From Longimicrobiales bacterium (GTDB lineage Bacteria > Gemmatimonadota > Gemmatimonadetes > Longimicrobiales > Gaopeijiaceae), in the NCBI GenBank assembly GCA_965204735.1, contig OZ242008.1, positions 384,001-448,000 on the forward strand: DNA of 64,000 nucleotides, read 5' to 3'. The position numbers and the translations under genes are program-made. Shown in pieces: positions 33,418-43,836 of this stretch (position 1 is its first letter; each line of letters starts with the position of its first letter). The notes beneath the pieces are model-generated. The model was not told where the DNA came from. It searched no databases and saw only the letters and a program-made list of their open reading frames with translations.

Positions 33418-35264
33418 GTCGAGAACTCCTTGGCCAACTTCGCCATGAGCGTCGCGGCGCGTTCCAGCGCCTGCTCCGGGGGTTCGCGGTCGGTGCCGGC
33501 CGGGGCGAACCGCTGTCGGTCGCAGTGGTCCAAGCACTCGAAGAGGCGCTCCAGCGTGTCGGCGGAAGCGCCCCGAGCCGCCGCCGCCCGCCGGACCTCC
33601 TCGCGGACCAGACTGGCCGCGGAGACGTTGATCTTGTCGGCAAGGAACCCCTGGAGGGCGCCCGCCACCTCGGCGTAGAAGGCCCGCGGGTCGCCGGAAG
33701 CCAGTCCCTTGGCCTTGGCCAGCCGCTTCCTCGCCATCCGACCGGCTCGGCGAGTGCGGGCGTACGCCAAGTCCCCTTCCAGTCGGTCGCGATGCCGGCG
33801 GTACGCCCCCGCGCCCGCCACCGCCCCAAGGGGCAGCAGCAGCGCGACCCAAAAACCGCCGGTGGCGAAGAGGCTGCGGCCCACCGGCGCGAACCTGGCT
33901 CGCCCCACGTGGATGAAGCGGATCTCCTCCCGAACCGCCTCGACGGCGGACGGAACCGCACCCGGTCCCTCGGACGAGACGGCGCTCGCGACCGACACCT
34001 CGATCGGCCCCGCTCGCGACGTGCGGTACGTCTGGGCGCCGGGGTCGAAAGAGGACACCTCCACGGGCGGCAGAACCACGCGCCCAGGAGCGCGGGGGAT
34101 CAGCACGTAGTCGAAGGAGCGAGCCCCTTGAAGACTGCCGCCGCCTGGAGAGATGCGCTCGCTGGCTTCGGGGGGGAAGACCTCGAACTCGGACGGAAAG
34201 TCGATCTCGGGGGGCGGCAGGGTGCGCAAGTTGCCGGTGCCCGTCATCTCCACGCGGAAGGTGACCGCTTCGTTGGCGTTCACCGAGGATCGGTCCACCG
34301 ACGTGGAGACGCTCAGGTCGCCCACGTGGCCTCGGAAGCTCGCGGGCCGCCCCCCCGGGGGCAGAGGAAGGACCTCGATCTCGACTGGCCGCGACGCGGC
34401 CGCCACCGGGACTCGGCTGTCCAGCAGGCTCGACCGCCCGAAGATGTCGCCGAAGGGGTCGAAGGAGCGGTTCCGAACCCGAACCTGCGCTTCCAGGCCG
34501 ATCGGGTCCAGCGTCTTCTTGCCGGGGCCGGTCGGGAAGAGGGCGGTGCGGCGGATGACCGCCGAGGCGTACGCCTGCCCGTCGCGCACCACCTGCTCCA
34601 CGCGGGGCGACTCCGGCTGCTCCAGCTCCTCCGTCAAGAAGCCGGTCGCCAGGGGCAGGTCCGTGATCGAGTACGACTCCACGTCGACTCGGGTAAGGAT
34701 ACGGTACTCCACGGTCACCGGCTCGTTCTCGAAGGCCCGGGTCTTGCTCACGGTGGTCTCGACGAACAAGTCGTCCGGACCAACCGCGGCACCCGGGTCG
34801 CCCACGCCCGCTCCGGCGCCCTGCCCGGCGCCCGCCCCCTGCCCCGCTCCGCTTCCGGGCGCCGGCGCATCGGACACCACCAGGGTCACGGGCGCCGTCT
34901 CCACGCTTCGGCCGCCCGCCGCGACCTGCACCGGCCCGATCTCGAAGGAGCCCTCGCGCGTCGCCAAGAAGCGGTACTGGTACGTGAGCGACACGCTCGC
35001 CCGACCGTTCACGAACTGCATTGACGTGGACGTGCCGGCCCCCTGGTAGCGAGCGAACTCCTCCATGGGGGGCAACGTCGGTTCGGCGTCCAGCTGCTGC
35101 ACGCCCGACACTTCCACGTTCAGGACGAACTGCCGCCCGACCCCCACCTGCGCCGCGCTCAAGTACGCCCGCGCCTCCACCTCCTGGGTGCTGGTCCCGG
35201 CGCTTCCGCCGCTCCACGCAGTCGCGACCAGCACGGCCAGGACGCCGCCGGGGACCCTGCCCAC
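33414..35264 (-). CDS. batD: BatD family protein
   Basis: STSMQFVNG, GSFEIGP, FRGHVG, GTGNL motifs; C-terminal TM; position in the bat operon. Confidence 0.88.
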   Translation of the reverse strand: MGRVPGGVLAVLVATAWSGGSAGTSTQEVEARAYLSAAQVGVGRQFVLNVEVSGVQQLDAEPTLPPMEEFARYQGAGTSTSMQFVNGRASVSLTYQYRFLATREGSFEIGPVQVAAGGRSVETAPVTLVVSDAPAPGSGAGQGAGAGQGAGAGVGDPGAAVGPDDLFVETTVSKTRAFENEPVTVEYRILTRVDVESYSITDLPLATGFLTEELEQPESPRVEQVVRDGQAYASAVIRRTALFPTGPGKKTLDPIGLEAQVRVRNRSFDPFGDIFGRSSLLDSRVPVAAASRPVEIEVLPLPPGGRPASFRGHVGDLSVSTSVDRSSVNANEAVTFRVEMTGTGNLRTLPPPEIDFPSEFEVFPPEASERISPGGGSLQGARSFDYVLIPRAPGRVVLPPVEVSSFDPGAQTYRTSRAGPIEVSVASAVSSEGPGAVPSAVEAVREEIRFIHVGRARFAPVGRSLFATGGFWVALLLPLGAVAGAGAYRRHRDRLEGDLAYARTRRAGRMARKRLAKAKGLASGDPRAFYAEVAGALQGFLADKINVSAASLVREEVRRAAAARGASADTLERLFECLDHCDRQRFAPAGTDREPPEQALERAATLMAKLAKEFST

Positions 35265-35265
35265 C

Positions 35266-36186
35266 CTACCAATCCTTCCGGGGACGGCGGCCCCGGGCCT
35301 GGGCGGCTTTCCGGTTGACCTCTCCCGGGTCTTCGTTGATCGCCTGCAGCAGCCGCTCGGCTTGCTCGGGCGTCATCTCGCCGGGCGCCCGGCCGGCTTG
35401 GCCGTCGCCCTCTTCTTCCTCCGGTTCGTCCTGGCGGCGGCCTTCCTCCGGCTGGTCCCGAGGCGACTCGTTCTCGGCGCCGCCTTCGCCTTCGTCCTGC
35501 TGCTCCTGGGGCTCGCTGCGGTCCTGCCTGCCCTGTCCCTGCTGCCCTTCCTGATCTTCGTCCTGCTGCTCCTGCTCCTCGTTCGAGTCGCCGCTCTGGT
35601 CCTGCTGCTGTTGCTGCTGCTCGAGCTGCATCAGCGCCATCTCCAGGTTGTGCTTCGCGTCGCCGTCCGACGGGTCCAGGCGCAACGATTCCTTGTACGC
35701 CTCGACCGCCGCGCCCGGCTGCTGCTGGCGCACCAGGGCGTTGCCCACGTTGTACCACGCTCGGCTCCTCCACTCCGGGTCGCCGTTCTCCAGCGCATCC
35801 ATGTACGCTTGCATCGCACGCTGGAACTCTTGGCTCTGGTAGAGCGCGTTGCCCTCGTTGAAGCGGGCCAGCGGCAGCCCCGGAGCCTTCTTCAGCGCCT
35901 CCAGGTACCGAGCGTGGGCCTCCGAGTACTTGCCCTCTTCGTACAGCCGGTTGCCCGCCTCGACTTCCCTTCGTCCCTCTTGGGCGAAGCCATGGTCGGG
36001 CAAGACGGCCGCCGAGCCCACGAGCGCCAGGCACGCGGCAGTCAGCCGGGCGAAGCGCCGTCGCGCCGGGGCCACGCCACGGGCACGCGTTGTCGTAATG
36101 GTTGACGTGCCGAAGCGCCCTCGCGCCGCGGCCACGCCTCTGCCGTCCGCGCCGCCGGCGAAGCTCCTCTTCCGGATCGCGTCCAT
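35266..36186 (-). CDS. batC: BatC-like TPR protein with Q/E-rich tail
   Basis: GNRLYEEGKY..FNEGNALY..WYNVGNAL..YKESLRLDPSDGDAKHNLE, poly-Q, MTPEQAERLLQAI...KDW. Confidence 0.85.
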   Translation of the reverse strand: MDAIRKRSFAGGADGRGVAAARGRFGTSTITTTRARGVAPARRRFARLTAACLALVGSAAVLPDHGFAQEGRREVEAGNRLYEEGKYSEAHARYLEALKKAPGLPLARFNEGNALYQSQEFQRAMQAYMDALENGDPEWRSRAWYNVGNALVRQQQPGAAVEAYKESLRLDPSDGDAKHNLEMALMQLEQQQQQQDQSGDSNEEQEQQDEDQEGQQGQGRQDRSEPQEQQDEGEGGAENESPRDQPEEGRRQDEPEEEEGDGQAGRAPGEMTPEQAERLLQAINEDPGEVNRKAAQARGRRPRKDW

Positions 36187-37214
36187 CACCTTTCTCCCTC
36201 TTCTCGGCGCGGCCGGCGCCTCTTCGTTCCGGGCACGACGAACTCCAGCGCCAGAAGGAGCAGCGCCGCCGCGACGAAGCTCTGGTACTGCTCCTCGAAC
36301 TGGGTCACCTCTCTTGATTCTACCTCGCGACCGCCCGTTCCGATCCGCTCCGCCAGCTGGACCAAGCCGTCGCCGGCCTGCCCGATCCTGTAGTAGCGGC
36401 CGCCCGTCTGCATGGCGATGTCCTGCAAGGCGGTCTCGTTCAGCCGCGTGGTGATCACGGCGCCCTGGTCGTCCCGGCGAAAGCCCCGTCGCGCACCGCT
36501 CTCGTCCACGGCGGGCAGCGGCACCCCCGCCGCCGTTCCCACCCCCACCGCGTGCACCGTCACGTTGGCCTCCGAAGCCTCCGCGATGGCCCCGGCCACG
36601 CCGCCTTCGTGGTCCTCGCCGTCCGTGACGATCACCAGGACGCGGTGCTCCGCCGGCGTCTCCTCCAGCGCCTCCAGCGCCACGGCCACGGCCTTCCCCA
36701 CGTCGGTGCCCTGGGTGGACATCAGGGTCGGGTCCATGGCGTTCAGGAACATCATCGCCGCGCCGTAGTCCGTGGTGAGGGGGCTCTGGACGAAGGCGTC
36801 GCCGGCGAAGGCCACCAAGCCGATCCGGTCGCCGTCGAGGCGCTGGATGATGCGGCCGACCTCGATCTTCGCGCGTTCCAGGCGGTTCGGCGCCACGTCC
36901 TCGGCGTACATCGAGCGGGAGACGTCCAGCGCCACGACCACGTCCTGCCCTTCCCGGCGCACGGTCTCGACCCGGTTTCCGAACTGGGGACGCGCCAGAG
37001 CCAACCCCAGGAGCGCGAACGCGACCAGCCCCAGGGCCGCCTTCCAGCGGCGCGCCGTGGCGCTCACCGAAGGGCGAAGCCTGCGCACCAGGGCGTGCTC
37101 GCCGAAGCGGTCCAGGAGCCCGCGCGAGCGCCGGGCCGCGTACCAGTGGAGGCCGAGGAGCAGCGGGACCAGCGCCAGGCTCCACAGGGCGACGGGGGCG
37201 CCGAACCGGAACAC
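36186..37214 (-). CDS. batB: BatB VWA domain protein
   Basis: LARPQFG, LDVSRSMYAEDVAPNRLERAK, FAGDAFVQSPLTTDY, VTDGEDHEG. Confidence 0.9.
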   Translation of the reverse strand: MFRFGAPVALWSLALVPLLLGLHWYAARRSRGLLDRFGEHALVRRLRPSVSATARRWKAALGLVAFALLGLALARPQFGNRVETVRREGQDVVVALDVSRSMYAEDVAPNRLERAKIEVGRIIQRLDGDRIGLVAFAGDAFVQSPLTTDYGAAMMFLNAMDPTLMSTQGTDVGKAVAVALEALEETPAEHRVLVIVTDGEDHEGGVAGAIAEASEANVTVHAVGVGTAAGVPLPAVDESGARRGFRRDDQGAVITTRLNETALQDIAMQTGGRYYRIGQAGDGLVQLAERIGTGGREVESREVTQFEEQYQSFVAAALLLLALEFVVPGTKRRRPRREEGER

Positions 37215-37229
37215 TGCGCTAGCCCCTCG

Positions 37230-38222
37230 TCATGGCAGCGTCCGCAGCCAAGTGCGGGCCAGGAGCGCCTCCGCCAGCAGCAGCGCCAAGCCCGCCAGCA
37301 GCGGCAGAGCGAAGCGCTCGCCGTAGCGGGTGAAGTTCTCGACCTCGATCTCGGTCGTCTCCAGCTCGTCGATCTCGTCGTAGATCGCTTCCAGGCTCTG
37401 GCGGTCGGTGGCCCTGTAGTACCGGCCTCCGGTGGCCTCGGCGGTGGCGCGCAGGGCGGGCTCGTCCACGTCGACCTGGGTCGTGACGTAGCGACGGCCG
37501 CCGAAGCGGTCCGCGACGGGCACCCTGGCCATGCCTCGCGAGCCGGCGCCGACGGTGTACACGCGGACGCCCAGGGCTTGCGCCGCGTGAGCGGCCGTGA
37601 TCGGGTCGATCTCGCCCCGGTTGTTGCGGCCGTCGGTGAGGAGGACGACCACCTTCGACGCGGCCTCGCTGGCCTGCAGCCGCTTCACCGCGGTGGCCAG
37701 CCCCATGCCGATCGCCGTTCCGTCCTCGACCATCCCCACCTCCAGCTCGCCCAGAAGCGACGTCACCACGGAGTGGTCCAGCGTGAGGGGCGCCTGGGTG
37801 AACGCCTTGCCGGCGAAGATCACCAGCCCGATCCGGTCGTTGCGACGCCCCCGGGCGAAGTCGGCGGCGACGGCCTTGGCCGCTTCCAGCCGGTTCGGCG
37901 TCAAGTCCTCGGCGAGCATCGAACTGGAAACGTCCAGGGCCAGGATGATGTCAAGCCCTTCCGCGACCACATTCTCGCCGGTCACTCCGGTCTGGGGACG
38001 CGCGAACGCCACGACCAGGCAAGCGACGGCCAAGCCGCGCAGCGCCGCCGGCAGGTGTCGCGCCCACGTGCCTTCGCCTCGGCTCGCCTCGCGCAGCCCC
38101 GCCACGTTCGGGTGCAGCAGCGAGCCCTTCCGCTTGCGTCCCCGGGCCGCGTACCACCACGCCAGCAGGGGAACAACGCCCAGCAGGAGCAGGAACCAGG
38201 GGTCTTCGAAGCGGAAGATCAC
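37230..38222 (-). CDS. batA: BatA VWA domain protein
   Basis: FARPQ, LDVSSSMLAEDLTPNRLEAAK, DGTAIGMGL, LLTDGRNNRG, TGGRYYRATD; GTG start 38222. Confidence 0.9.
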   Translation of the reverse strand: MIFRFEDPWFLLLLGVVPLLAWWYAARGRKRKGSLLHPNVAGLREASRGEGTWARHLPAALRGLAVACLVVAFARPQTGVTGENVVAEGLDIILALDVSSSMLAEDLTPNRLEAAKAVAADFARGRRNDRIGLVIFAGKAFTQAPLTLDHSVVTSLLGELEVGMVEDGTAIGMGLATAVKRLQASEAASKVVVLLTDGRNNRGEIDPITAAHAAQALGVRVYTVGAGSRGMARVPVADRFGGRRYVTTQVDVDEPALRATAEATGGRYYRATDRQSLEAIYDEIDELETTEIEVENFTRYGERFALPLLAGLALLLAEALLARTWLRTLP

Positions 38223-39316
38223 GAGACCGCCTCGGCGGGGACTGGCTCCCGCGCGGTGCGAGCGTGGCCGCCGCTGGTCATCCTCACCAGCTCGCGCGCC
38301 TGCTCCAGCACGCCTCGGGAGTCGGCGACGGACGGGCGCAACTTCGCGAACTTGACCAGGTCGCAGCGCTCCAGGAAAGCGCCGAAGCCGCCGCACACGG
38401 GTTCGCCCAGAGCGGCACGGCGCAACCCCCCCACGACTTCGGCCGTGGTCATTTCCAGCGCGGGCACTCCCAGCTGGCCCTCCACGTAGGCGCGCACGAT
38501 CTCGGAGACCTGGACATGGTACTCCTTGACTTCTCCCCGCTCCAGCAAGGACGACGCCTCCAGCGCCGCCAAGGACTCCAGCGCCACGAGGTGATGGGGC
38601 CGAGGCGGCGCCGGGGGCGGCCCGGTGCGGCGCGCGACCGGCCGGTTCCTTCGCCGACGCCAGAGGTGGACGACGCCTGCCGAAGCTGCGACCGCCAGGG
38701 CGAGCCACGCGAGGGGACCCCACCAGCTCCGAGCGATCGACAGCGGTCCCTTGATCTCCCGGATGTCGCCGGAGTCGTCCAGCCCCACGCTCTCGACGCC
38801 GATCCGGAAGGGGTCCGTCGTCAGGGTGTCCACGGTCCCGCCGGGCGCTGCGACGAGAACCTGGATCGGCGGCACCTCCAGCTCTCCCAGCTCGAAGCTG
38901 GTCACGACGAGCTCCGCCGCCGACCGCAAGGCGCCGCCCTCGATCGACTGCGGCTCGACGAGCCGGAAGCGCTGCACCTCGAAGGGAGACACGTCGATGG
39001 AATCGGCCCAGAGCACGGACCAGCCCGGCGGGTGGTCCACGACGAGCCGCACCGAGGTCGGATCGCCCACATGGATCGTCGTCGTGTCCACCTCCATGGA
39101 GACCCGGAGCTGCTGCGGCCCGGCAAGCTCTGCCGCCACCACCGCAGGCGCTCCGGCCCCGGTGCCCGCCCCGGCCGCAGAAGGTGCCCAGCCCCCGACC
39201 ACCGCGACGGCAGGTGCCCCGGCCCCGGCGACCGCCCCGACCGCAGAAGGTGCCCAGCCCCCGACCCCCGTCGCAGCCGCAACCGCCAACCCCACTGCCG
39301 GTCCCCGCCCCCTCAT
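38219..39316 (-). CDS. Bat-operon membrane protein (BatD-like N-terminus, TM, C-terminal helical domain)
   Basis: Overlaps both neighbours by 4 bp; DIREIKGP-TM-...ALEMTTAE..CDLVKFAK typical of the gene between DUF58 and batA. Confidence 0.8.
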   Translation of the reverse strand: MRGRGPAVGLAVAAATGVGGWAPSAVGAVAGAGAPAVAVVGGWAPSAAGAGTGAGAPAVVAAELAGPQQLRVSMEVDTTTIHVGDPTSVRLVVDHPPGWSVLWADSIDVSPFEVQRFRLVEPQSIEGGALRSAAELVVTSFELGELEVPPIQVLVAAPGGTVDTLTTDPFRIGVESVGLDDSGDIREIKGPLSIARSWWGPLAWLALAVAASAGVVHLWRRRRNRPVARRTGPPPAPPRPHHLVALESLAALEASSLLERGEVKEYHVQVSEIVRAYVEGQLGVPALEMTTAEVVGGLRRAALGEPVCGGFGAFLERCDLVKFAKLRPSVADSRGVLEQARELVRMTSGGHARTAREPVPAEAVS

Positions 39317-40191
39317 CGCAGCCTTCGCGCCCGCGCCTCGAAGAACTGTCGCAGCGACCGCTCGTAGGGAACGCCCGTCGTCACGTCGACGGCGTCGATC
39401 CCGACCCGCCGAAAGAGCTCGTCCACCTTCTCCCGGGCGTCGGCCCGGAGCCGCCCGTACCGCTCCTGAAACGTCCGCGCCGACGTGTTGACGACGGCGT
39501 GCGACCCCGTTTCCGGGTCCTCGAACTCCACGAACCCCATGGGAGGCACCTCCGCCTCCCGAAGGTCTCCCACCCTCACCGCCACCAAGTCGTGGCGCCG
39601 GGCCGCGACCGACAGCACCTTCTCGTAGCCCGACGCCAGGAAGTCGGACGCCAGGAAGACCACGGCCCGCCGACGGATCACCCGGGCCAAGTACTCCAGC
39701 GCCTCGGCCAAGTCCGTTCCCTTCCCCTCGGTGGGGTGGTACAGAAGCTCCCGCAGCACCCGCAGCGCGTGGCGCCGCCCCTTGCGGGGAGGCACGAAGC
39801 GTTCGATCCGATCCGTGAAGAGGATCAGCCCGACCTTGTCGTTGTTCTTGATCGCGCTGAACGCCAGCACGCCGCAGAGCTCCGCCGCCAGCTCGGCCTT
39901 CATCCGATCCCGAGTGCCGAACCCCGCCGACGCGCTGGCGTCCACCACCAGCATCACCGTCAGCTCCCGTTCCTCCTCGAACACCTTGACGTGGGGCGTG
40001 CCCGTCCGAGCCGTGACGTTCCAGTCGATCCCCCGGATGTCGTCTCCGTAGGCGTACTCCCGCACCTCGGCGAAGCTCATCCCCCGCCCCTTGAAGACGG
40101 AGTGGTACTCGCCCGAGAACACCTCGTTCACCAAGCCCCGGGTCGTGATCTCGATCCGGCGCACCTGCTTCAGTATCTCGCGTGGAATCAC
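39313..40191 (-). CDS. DUF58 family protein
   Basis: GEYHSVFKGRGMSFAEVREYAYGDDIRGIDWNVTAR..VKVFEEERELTV. Confidence 0.93.
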   Translation of the reverse strand: MIPREILKQVRRIEITTRGLVNEVFSGEYHSVFKGRGMSFAEVREYAYGDDIRGIDWNVTARTGTPHVKVFEEERELTVMLVVDASASAGFGTRDRMKAELAAELCGVLAFSAIKNNDKVGLILFTDRIERFVPPRKGRRHALRVLRELLYHPTEGKGTDLAEALEYLARVIRRRAVVFLASDFLASGYEKVLSVAARRHDLVAVRVGDLREAEVPPMGFVEFEDPETGSHAVVNTSARTFQERYGRLRADAREKVDELFRRVGIDAVDVTTGVPYERSLRQFFEARARRLR

Positions 40192-40210
40192 TGCGCGCCG
40201 CCCCCTCGTC

Positions 40211-41200
40211 CTACGGAACTTCGACCGTGTCCAGCACCCGGGTCACCACGTCCTCGGCCGTGGTCTCTTCCGCCTCGGCTTCGTAGGTGAGGATCACCCG
40301 GTGGCGCATCACGTCCATCGCCACCGAACGCACGTCTTCGGGCGTCACGTAGCCCCGATGCCGCAGGAAGGCGTGGGCCCGCGCCGTCCTTGCCAGGCAG
40401 ATCGTGGCCCTCGGCGACGCCCCGAACGCCACCAGCGGCTCCAGCTCCTCCAGTCCGAAGGCCTTCGGCTCCCGGGTGGCGAAGACCAGGTCCACGACGT
40501 ACCGCTCGACTTGGCTGTCCATGTAGATCGTCTCGACCGCCCCTCGAGCCGCGACGATCTCCTCGGGCGTCACCACCGGCTGCGCCCTGGGCGCCGGCCC
40601 CGCGCTCATCCGCCGCATGATCTCCAGCTCTTCGTCCTTCGACGGGTACCCCACGGAGAGCTTGAGCATGAAGCGGTCCACCTGCGCTTCGGGCAGCGGG
40701 TAGGTGCCCTCCTGGTCGATGGGGTTCTGGGTTGCCAGCACCAGAAAAGGGGACGGGAGCTCGAAGGTGTTGTCGCCGATCGTGACGGTGCGCTCCTGCA
40801 TCGCCTCCAGGAGGGCCGACTGGACCTTGGCCGGCGACCGGTTGATCTCGTCGGCCAGCACGACGTTGGCGAAGACCGGCCCCTTGCGGGTCTTGAACTC
40901 CGACGCCTGGGGGTCGTAGATCAGCGTGCCGATCAAGTCCGCCGGCAGCAGGTCGGGCGTGAACTGGATGCGCTTGAAGGACGTGCGGATCGCGTCGGCG
41001 AGGGTCCGCACCGTGAGCGTCTTGGCCAGGCCAGGCACCCCCTCCATGAGGACGTGCCCGTCGGAGAGGATGCCGATCAGCAGGCGCTCGACCATCGTCT
41101 TCTGGCCCACGACCACTCTTCCCAGCTCCTCGAAGAGCCGGTCGAGGAAGGCGCTCGTCTTCTGGATTCTCGCCTGAATGACTTCGATTTCTCGGTTCAT
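40211..41200 (-). CDS. moxR: MoxR family AAA+ ATPase
   Basis: EGVPGLAKT, RIQFTPDLLPAD, LADEINRSPAKVQSALLEAMQE, ATQNPIDQEGTYPLPEAQVDRF; start ATG 41200. Confidence 0.95.
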   Translation of the reverse strand: MNREIEVIQARIQKTSAFLDRLFEELGRVVVGQKTMVERLLIGILSDGHVLMEGVPGLAKTLTVRTLADAIRTSFKRIQFTPDLLPADLIGTLIYDPQASEFKTRKGPVFANVVLADEINRSPAKVQSALLEAMQERTVTIGDNTFELPSPFLVLATQNPIDQEGTYPLPEAQVDRFMLKLSVGYPSKDEELEIMRRMSAGPAPRAQPVVTPEEIVAARGAVETIYMDSQVERYVVDLVFATREPKAFGLEELEPLVAFGASPRATICLARTARAHAFLRHRGYVTPEDVRSVAMDVMRHRVILTYEAEAEETTAEDVVTRVLDTVEVP

Positions 41201-41490
41201 GCAGAGTTGGCGCGGCTTGCGGCTTGGCAGGGCTGGGGGTTGCGCGAGATCGGGGGCGGACCGGCTGCGGCCCAGGGTCGCGGCCAGCGGTCCCGTGGCC
41301 GAAGCTCCGATTCGACGCTCGCGTGAAGACCGTCGAAAATTAGTGGACGCCGGAGGTTTCGGAACGGTTGCCCAGCGAAGCCCCCCGATGCGGCGGCGGC
41401 CGCCACGTGTCGCGGCATTTGCCGCGTTGCCGGGAAACACGCCAAGTTGCGCGGTCCTGCTCGGGGGTCTATCGTCGCACCCGTTGAAAG

Positions 41491-41532
41491 ACTTCGACCC
41501 GTCACCAGGGAACTTCGACCCGTCACCAGGGA
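41491..41532 (+). repeat. Perfect 21-bp tandem duplication just upstream of the DoxX-like gene RBS
   Basis: ACTTCGACCCGTCACCAGGGA x2. Confidence 0.9.
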
Positions 41533-41541
41533 GAGGACGTC

Positions 41542-41973
41542 ATGAAACGCTGGGGGTTGTTCGCACTGAGGGCGACGATCGGGTGGCTTCTGGTCCTGTG
41601 GGGCCTGGACAAGCTGGTGAACGTCGAGCACGGGGTTCGGGTGGCCGACGCCTTCTACCTGGGCATCGGGAACCAAGCCCTGATCCAGAACGTCCTCGGC
41701 GTGCTGGAGATCGTCCTCGGGCTGCTGGTCGTCGTCGGGCTTTGGCGGAAACTGACCTACCCCGTGGCGTTCGTCGTGCTGGCGGTCACGGCGGCGGCGG
41801 TCTGGAAGTCCGTCTTGGACCCGTGGGGCTGGTTTCTGGAAGGCGCCAACGTCCTCTTCTACCCATCCGTGATCATCGCGGCGGGCGCGGCAGTGCTGTG
41901 GGGGACCCGAGACGAAGACGAGCTGACCTTGGACCACAGGCGGACCAAGGCCGACGACGACCCGCCCTGGTAG
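41542..41973 (+). CDS. DoxX-like small membrane protein
   Basis: LRATIGWLLVLWGLDKL..GVLEIVLGLLVVVGL; four hydrophobic segments; GAGAGGA RBS. Confidence 0.75.
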   Translation: MKRWGLFALRATIGWLLVLWGLDKLVNVEHGVRVADAFYLGIGNQALIQNVLGVLEIVLGLLVVVGLWRKLTYPVAFVVLAVTAAAVWKSVLDPWGWFLEGANVLFYPSVIIAAGAAVLWGTRDEDELTLDHRRTKADDDPPW

Positions 41974-42098
41974 CAGGCACGCGCCTCGGGCCCGGCAACG
42001 CACGGGCCGTCTTGGTCGCGGCACTTCGAGCGAGCCTCGTGCGCCCCGTGCCCGGCAGCGCACCGTCGAGACAGCGTCCTTGCCCGGAGGGCTTCCCT

Positions 42099-42539
42099 TT
42101 AGGGAGGCGGAGGCTGGCAGACGTCTCGCTGGGGGTCGCCGGCCAGCGCCTTGAGGCCTACCCACACGAAGAGGGTGGTGTCCCTCGGCTCGCTCCACTC
42201 GACTGCGACTTCCACTTGGGCGCGCAGCCCGGCCTCGTATTCGAACGGAACGCTTTCGCCCGGCGTCACTTCCACGTCGATCTCGGCGTCGCCGAAGAGG
42301 TCGTGGGTGCGAACCCGCCACCTGCCGGAGTGGCCTTCCCATACTTGGAAGCAGCCTTCCAGCGACAAGCCGGCCACAGGCATCGCGGCGCTCTTGAAGC
42401 TGCCCCGCCCGCCCTCCACTTCGATCGTGGTCCAGCTTCCGCCGTTGGCGACCGCCCGGAACAGCTCCGCCAGCTGGCCTTCGGCGGAAGAGGGAACGGC
42501 AGCGAGGGCGGCGGCGGCAACGACGACGGCGGTCTTCAT
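42099..42539 (-). CDS. Hypothetical secreted protein
   Basis: Signal peptide MKTAVVVAAAALAAVPSSAEG; host-like codon usage. Confidence 0.7.
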   Translation of the reverse strand: MKTAVVVAAAALAAVPSSAEGQLAELFRAVANGGSWTTIEVEGGRGSFKSAAMPVAGLSLEGCFQVWEGHSGRWRVRTHDLFGDAEIDVEVTPGESVPFEYEAGLRAQVEVAVEWSEPRDTTLFVWVGLKALAGDPQRDVCQPPPP

Positions 42540-42675
42540 GCCCTAACGCTAACGGAATCTCCGGCGTTCCAGGACGGTCCCGACGTCGGCTCGCTTGGCG
42601 CGGGAGCGGTGCGCCGGCGGTGGACGCGTGACGTTGGAAGGGCCGATGCCAGCCCAATCGCAAGGTGATTCGGAA

Positions 42676-43818
42676 ATGGCCACAGACACCGCAAGCGGAG
42701 TGCACCTTCCAAGCCTGTCGATCTCGAGCTTCCGGGGCATCAAGCGCCTGCGCATTCCCCGGCTCGGGCAAGTCACCTTGCTTGGGGGCATGAACTCCTC
42801 GGGAAAGACGACGGTTCTCGAAGCGGTTCGCGAATACGCGGCACGGGGCAGAAACTTGCCCGCCCTGCTCGCGGGCCGCGACGAGTACTCGACGTCATTC
42901 GACGAAGACGGCGACAAGGTGGCCGTTCCCGATCCGGCGGCCTTGTTTCATGGAAGAACCGTGCCGCAGGAATCCGGGATCTTGATTGGTCCCAACGACG
43001 GCCGTGTCGCCGACATGCTTTCCATCCGGGCAGTTTCCCCGAACGACGAACAGATCGAACTGCTCGGCGATCTCTGTCAGGATGATTCGTTCGAGCCGTT
43101 GGTGATGCAAGTTGCCTTCGGCAAGGGGAAGCGGGTCATGCCGTGGTGTCTGCCCCCGGCCACCTACGGAGAACGAAAGGCGATGTCTCCTTCTTCCCAG
43201 TACAGATACGCAAGGCGTCGCAACGGTGATGCAGACTTGCCGCCCCCACTAAGTGTTGACTGGCTGGGCGCCGGCGTCGTGTCGAATCGCCAGCTGGCTG
43301 ACATGTGGGAGGACGTAGTGCTGACCCAGGCCGAGGATCGTGCGACAAGGGCGCTTGCCATGGTCGTCGGCGACTCCGTAGACCGCGTTGCCATGGTTGG
43401 ATCGACCAAGGGGATGCGGGGGGAGCCTCACGTGTCGGTGAGACTCCGGGACCAAGCGACGCCCGTTCCCCTAAGAAGCTTGGGCAACGGCGCAGTCAGG
43501 ATCTTTGCGGTTGCCCTTGCCTTGGCTAATGCCAGCGGCGGGTTTCTGCTCATCGACGAAGCAGAAGACGGCATTCACCACAAGGTGCATCAGGGCTTCT
43601 GGCGCATGATTCTACAAGCCGCACGAGAGAGCAACGTCCAGGTCCTCGCCACGACGCACAGCTTCTCTTGCGTGCGAGGCTTCGCGCTGGCGTGCGCAGA
43701 GTCGGCCGGTCAAGGAATCTACGTGCGACTGGAACGGAGCGCCGACGAAACCAAGGCCGTTACGTATACGGAAGACGAACTCGAGATCGTCGCGGAACAA
43801 GGCATCGAGGTGAGGTAG
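42676..43818 (+). CDS. ABC-type AAA ATPase (AAA_15/AAA_21, AbiEii/OLD-like), no partner gene
   Basis: LSISSFRGIKRL, Walker A GMNSSGKTT, signature LRSLGNG, Walker B LLIDEAEDGIH, H-loop VLATTHS. The start could be ATG 42646. Confidence 0.85.
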   Translation: MATDTASGVHLPSLSISSFRGIKRLRIPRLGQVTLLGGMNSSGKTTVLEAVREYAARGRNLPALLAGRDEYSTSFDEDGDKVAVPDPAALFHGRTVPQESGILIGPNDGRVADMLSIRAVSPNDEQIELLGDLCQDDSFEPLVMQVAFGKGKRVMPWCLPPATYGERKAMSPSSQYRYARRRNGDADLPPPLSVDWLGAGVVSNRQLADMWEDVVLTQAEDRATRALAMVVGDSVDRVAMVGSTKGMRGEPHVSVRLRDQATPVPLRSLGNGAVRIFAVALALANASGGFLLIDEAEDGIHHKVHQGFWRMILQAARESNVQVLATTHSFSCVRGFALACAESAGQGIYVRLERSADETKAVTYTEDELEIVAEQGIEVR

Positions 43819-43836
43819 ATGGCGGGGACTGGCGTC

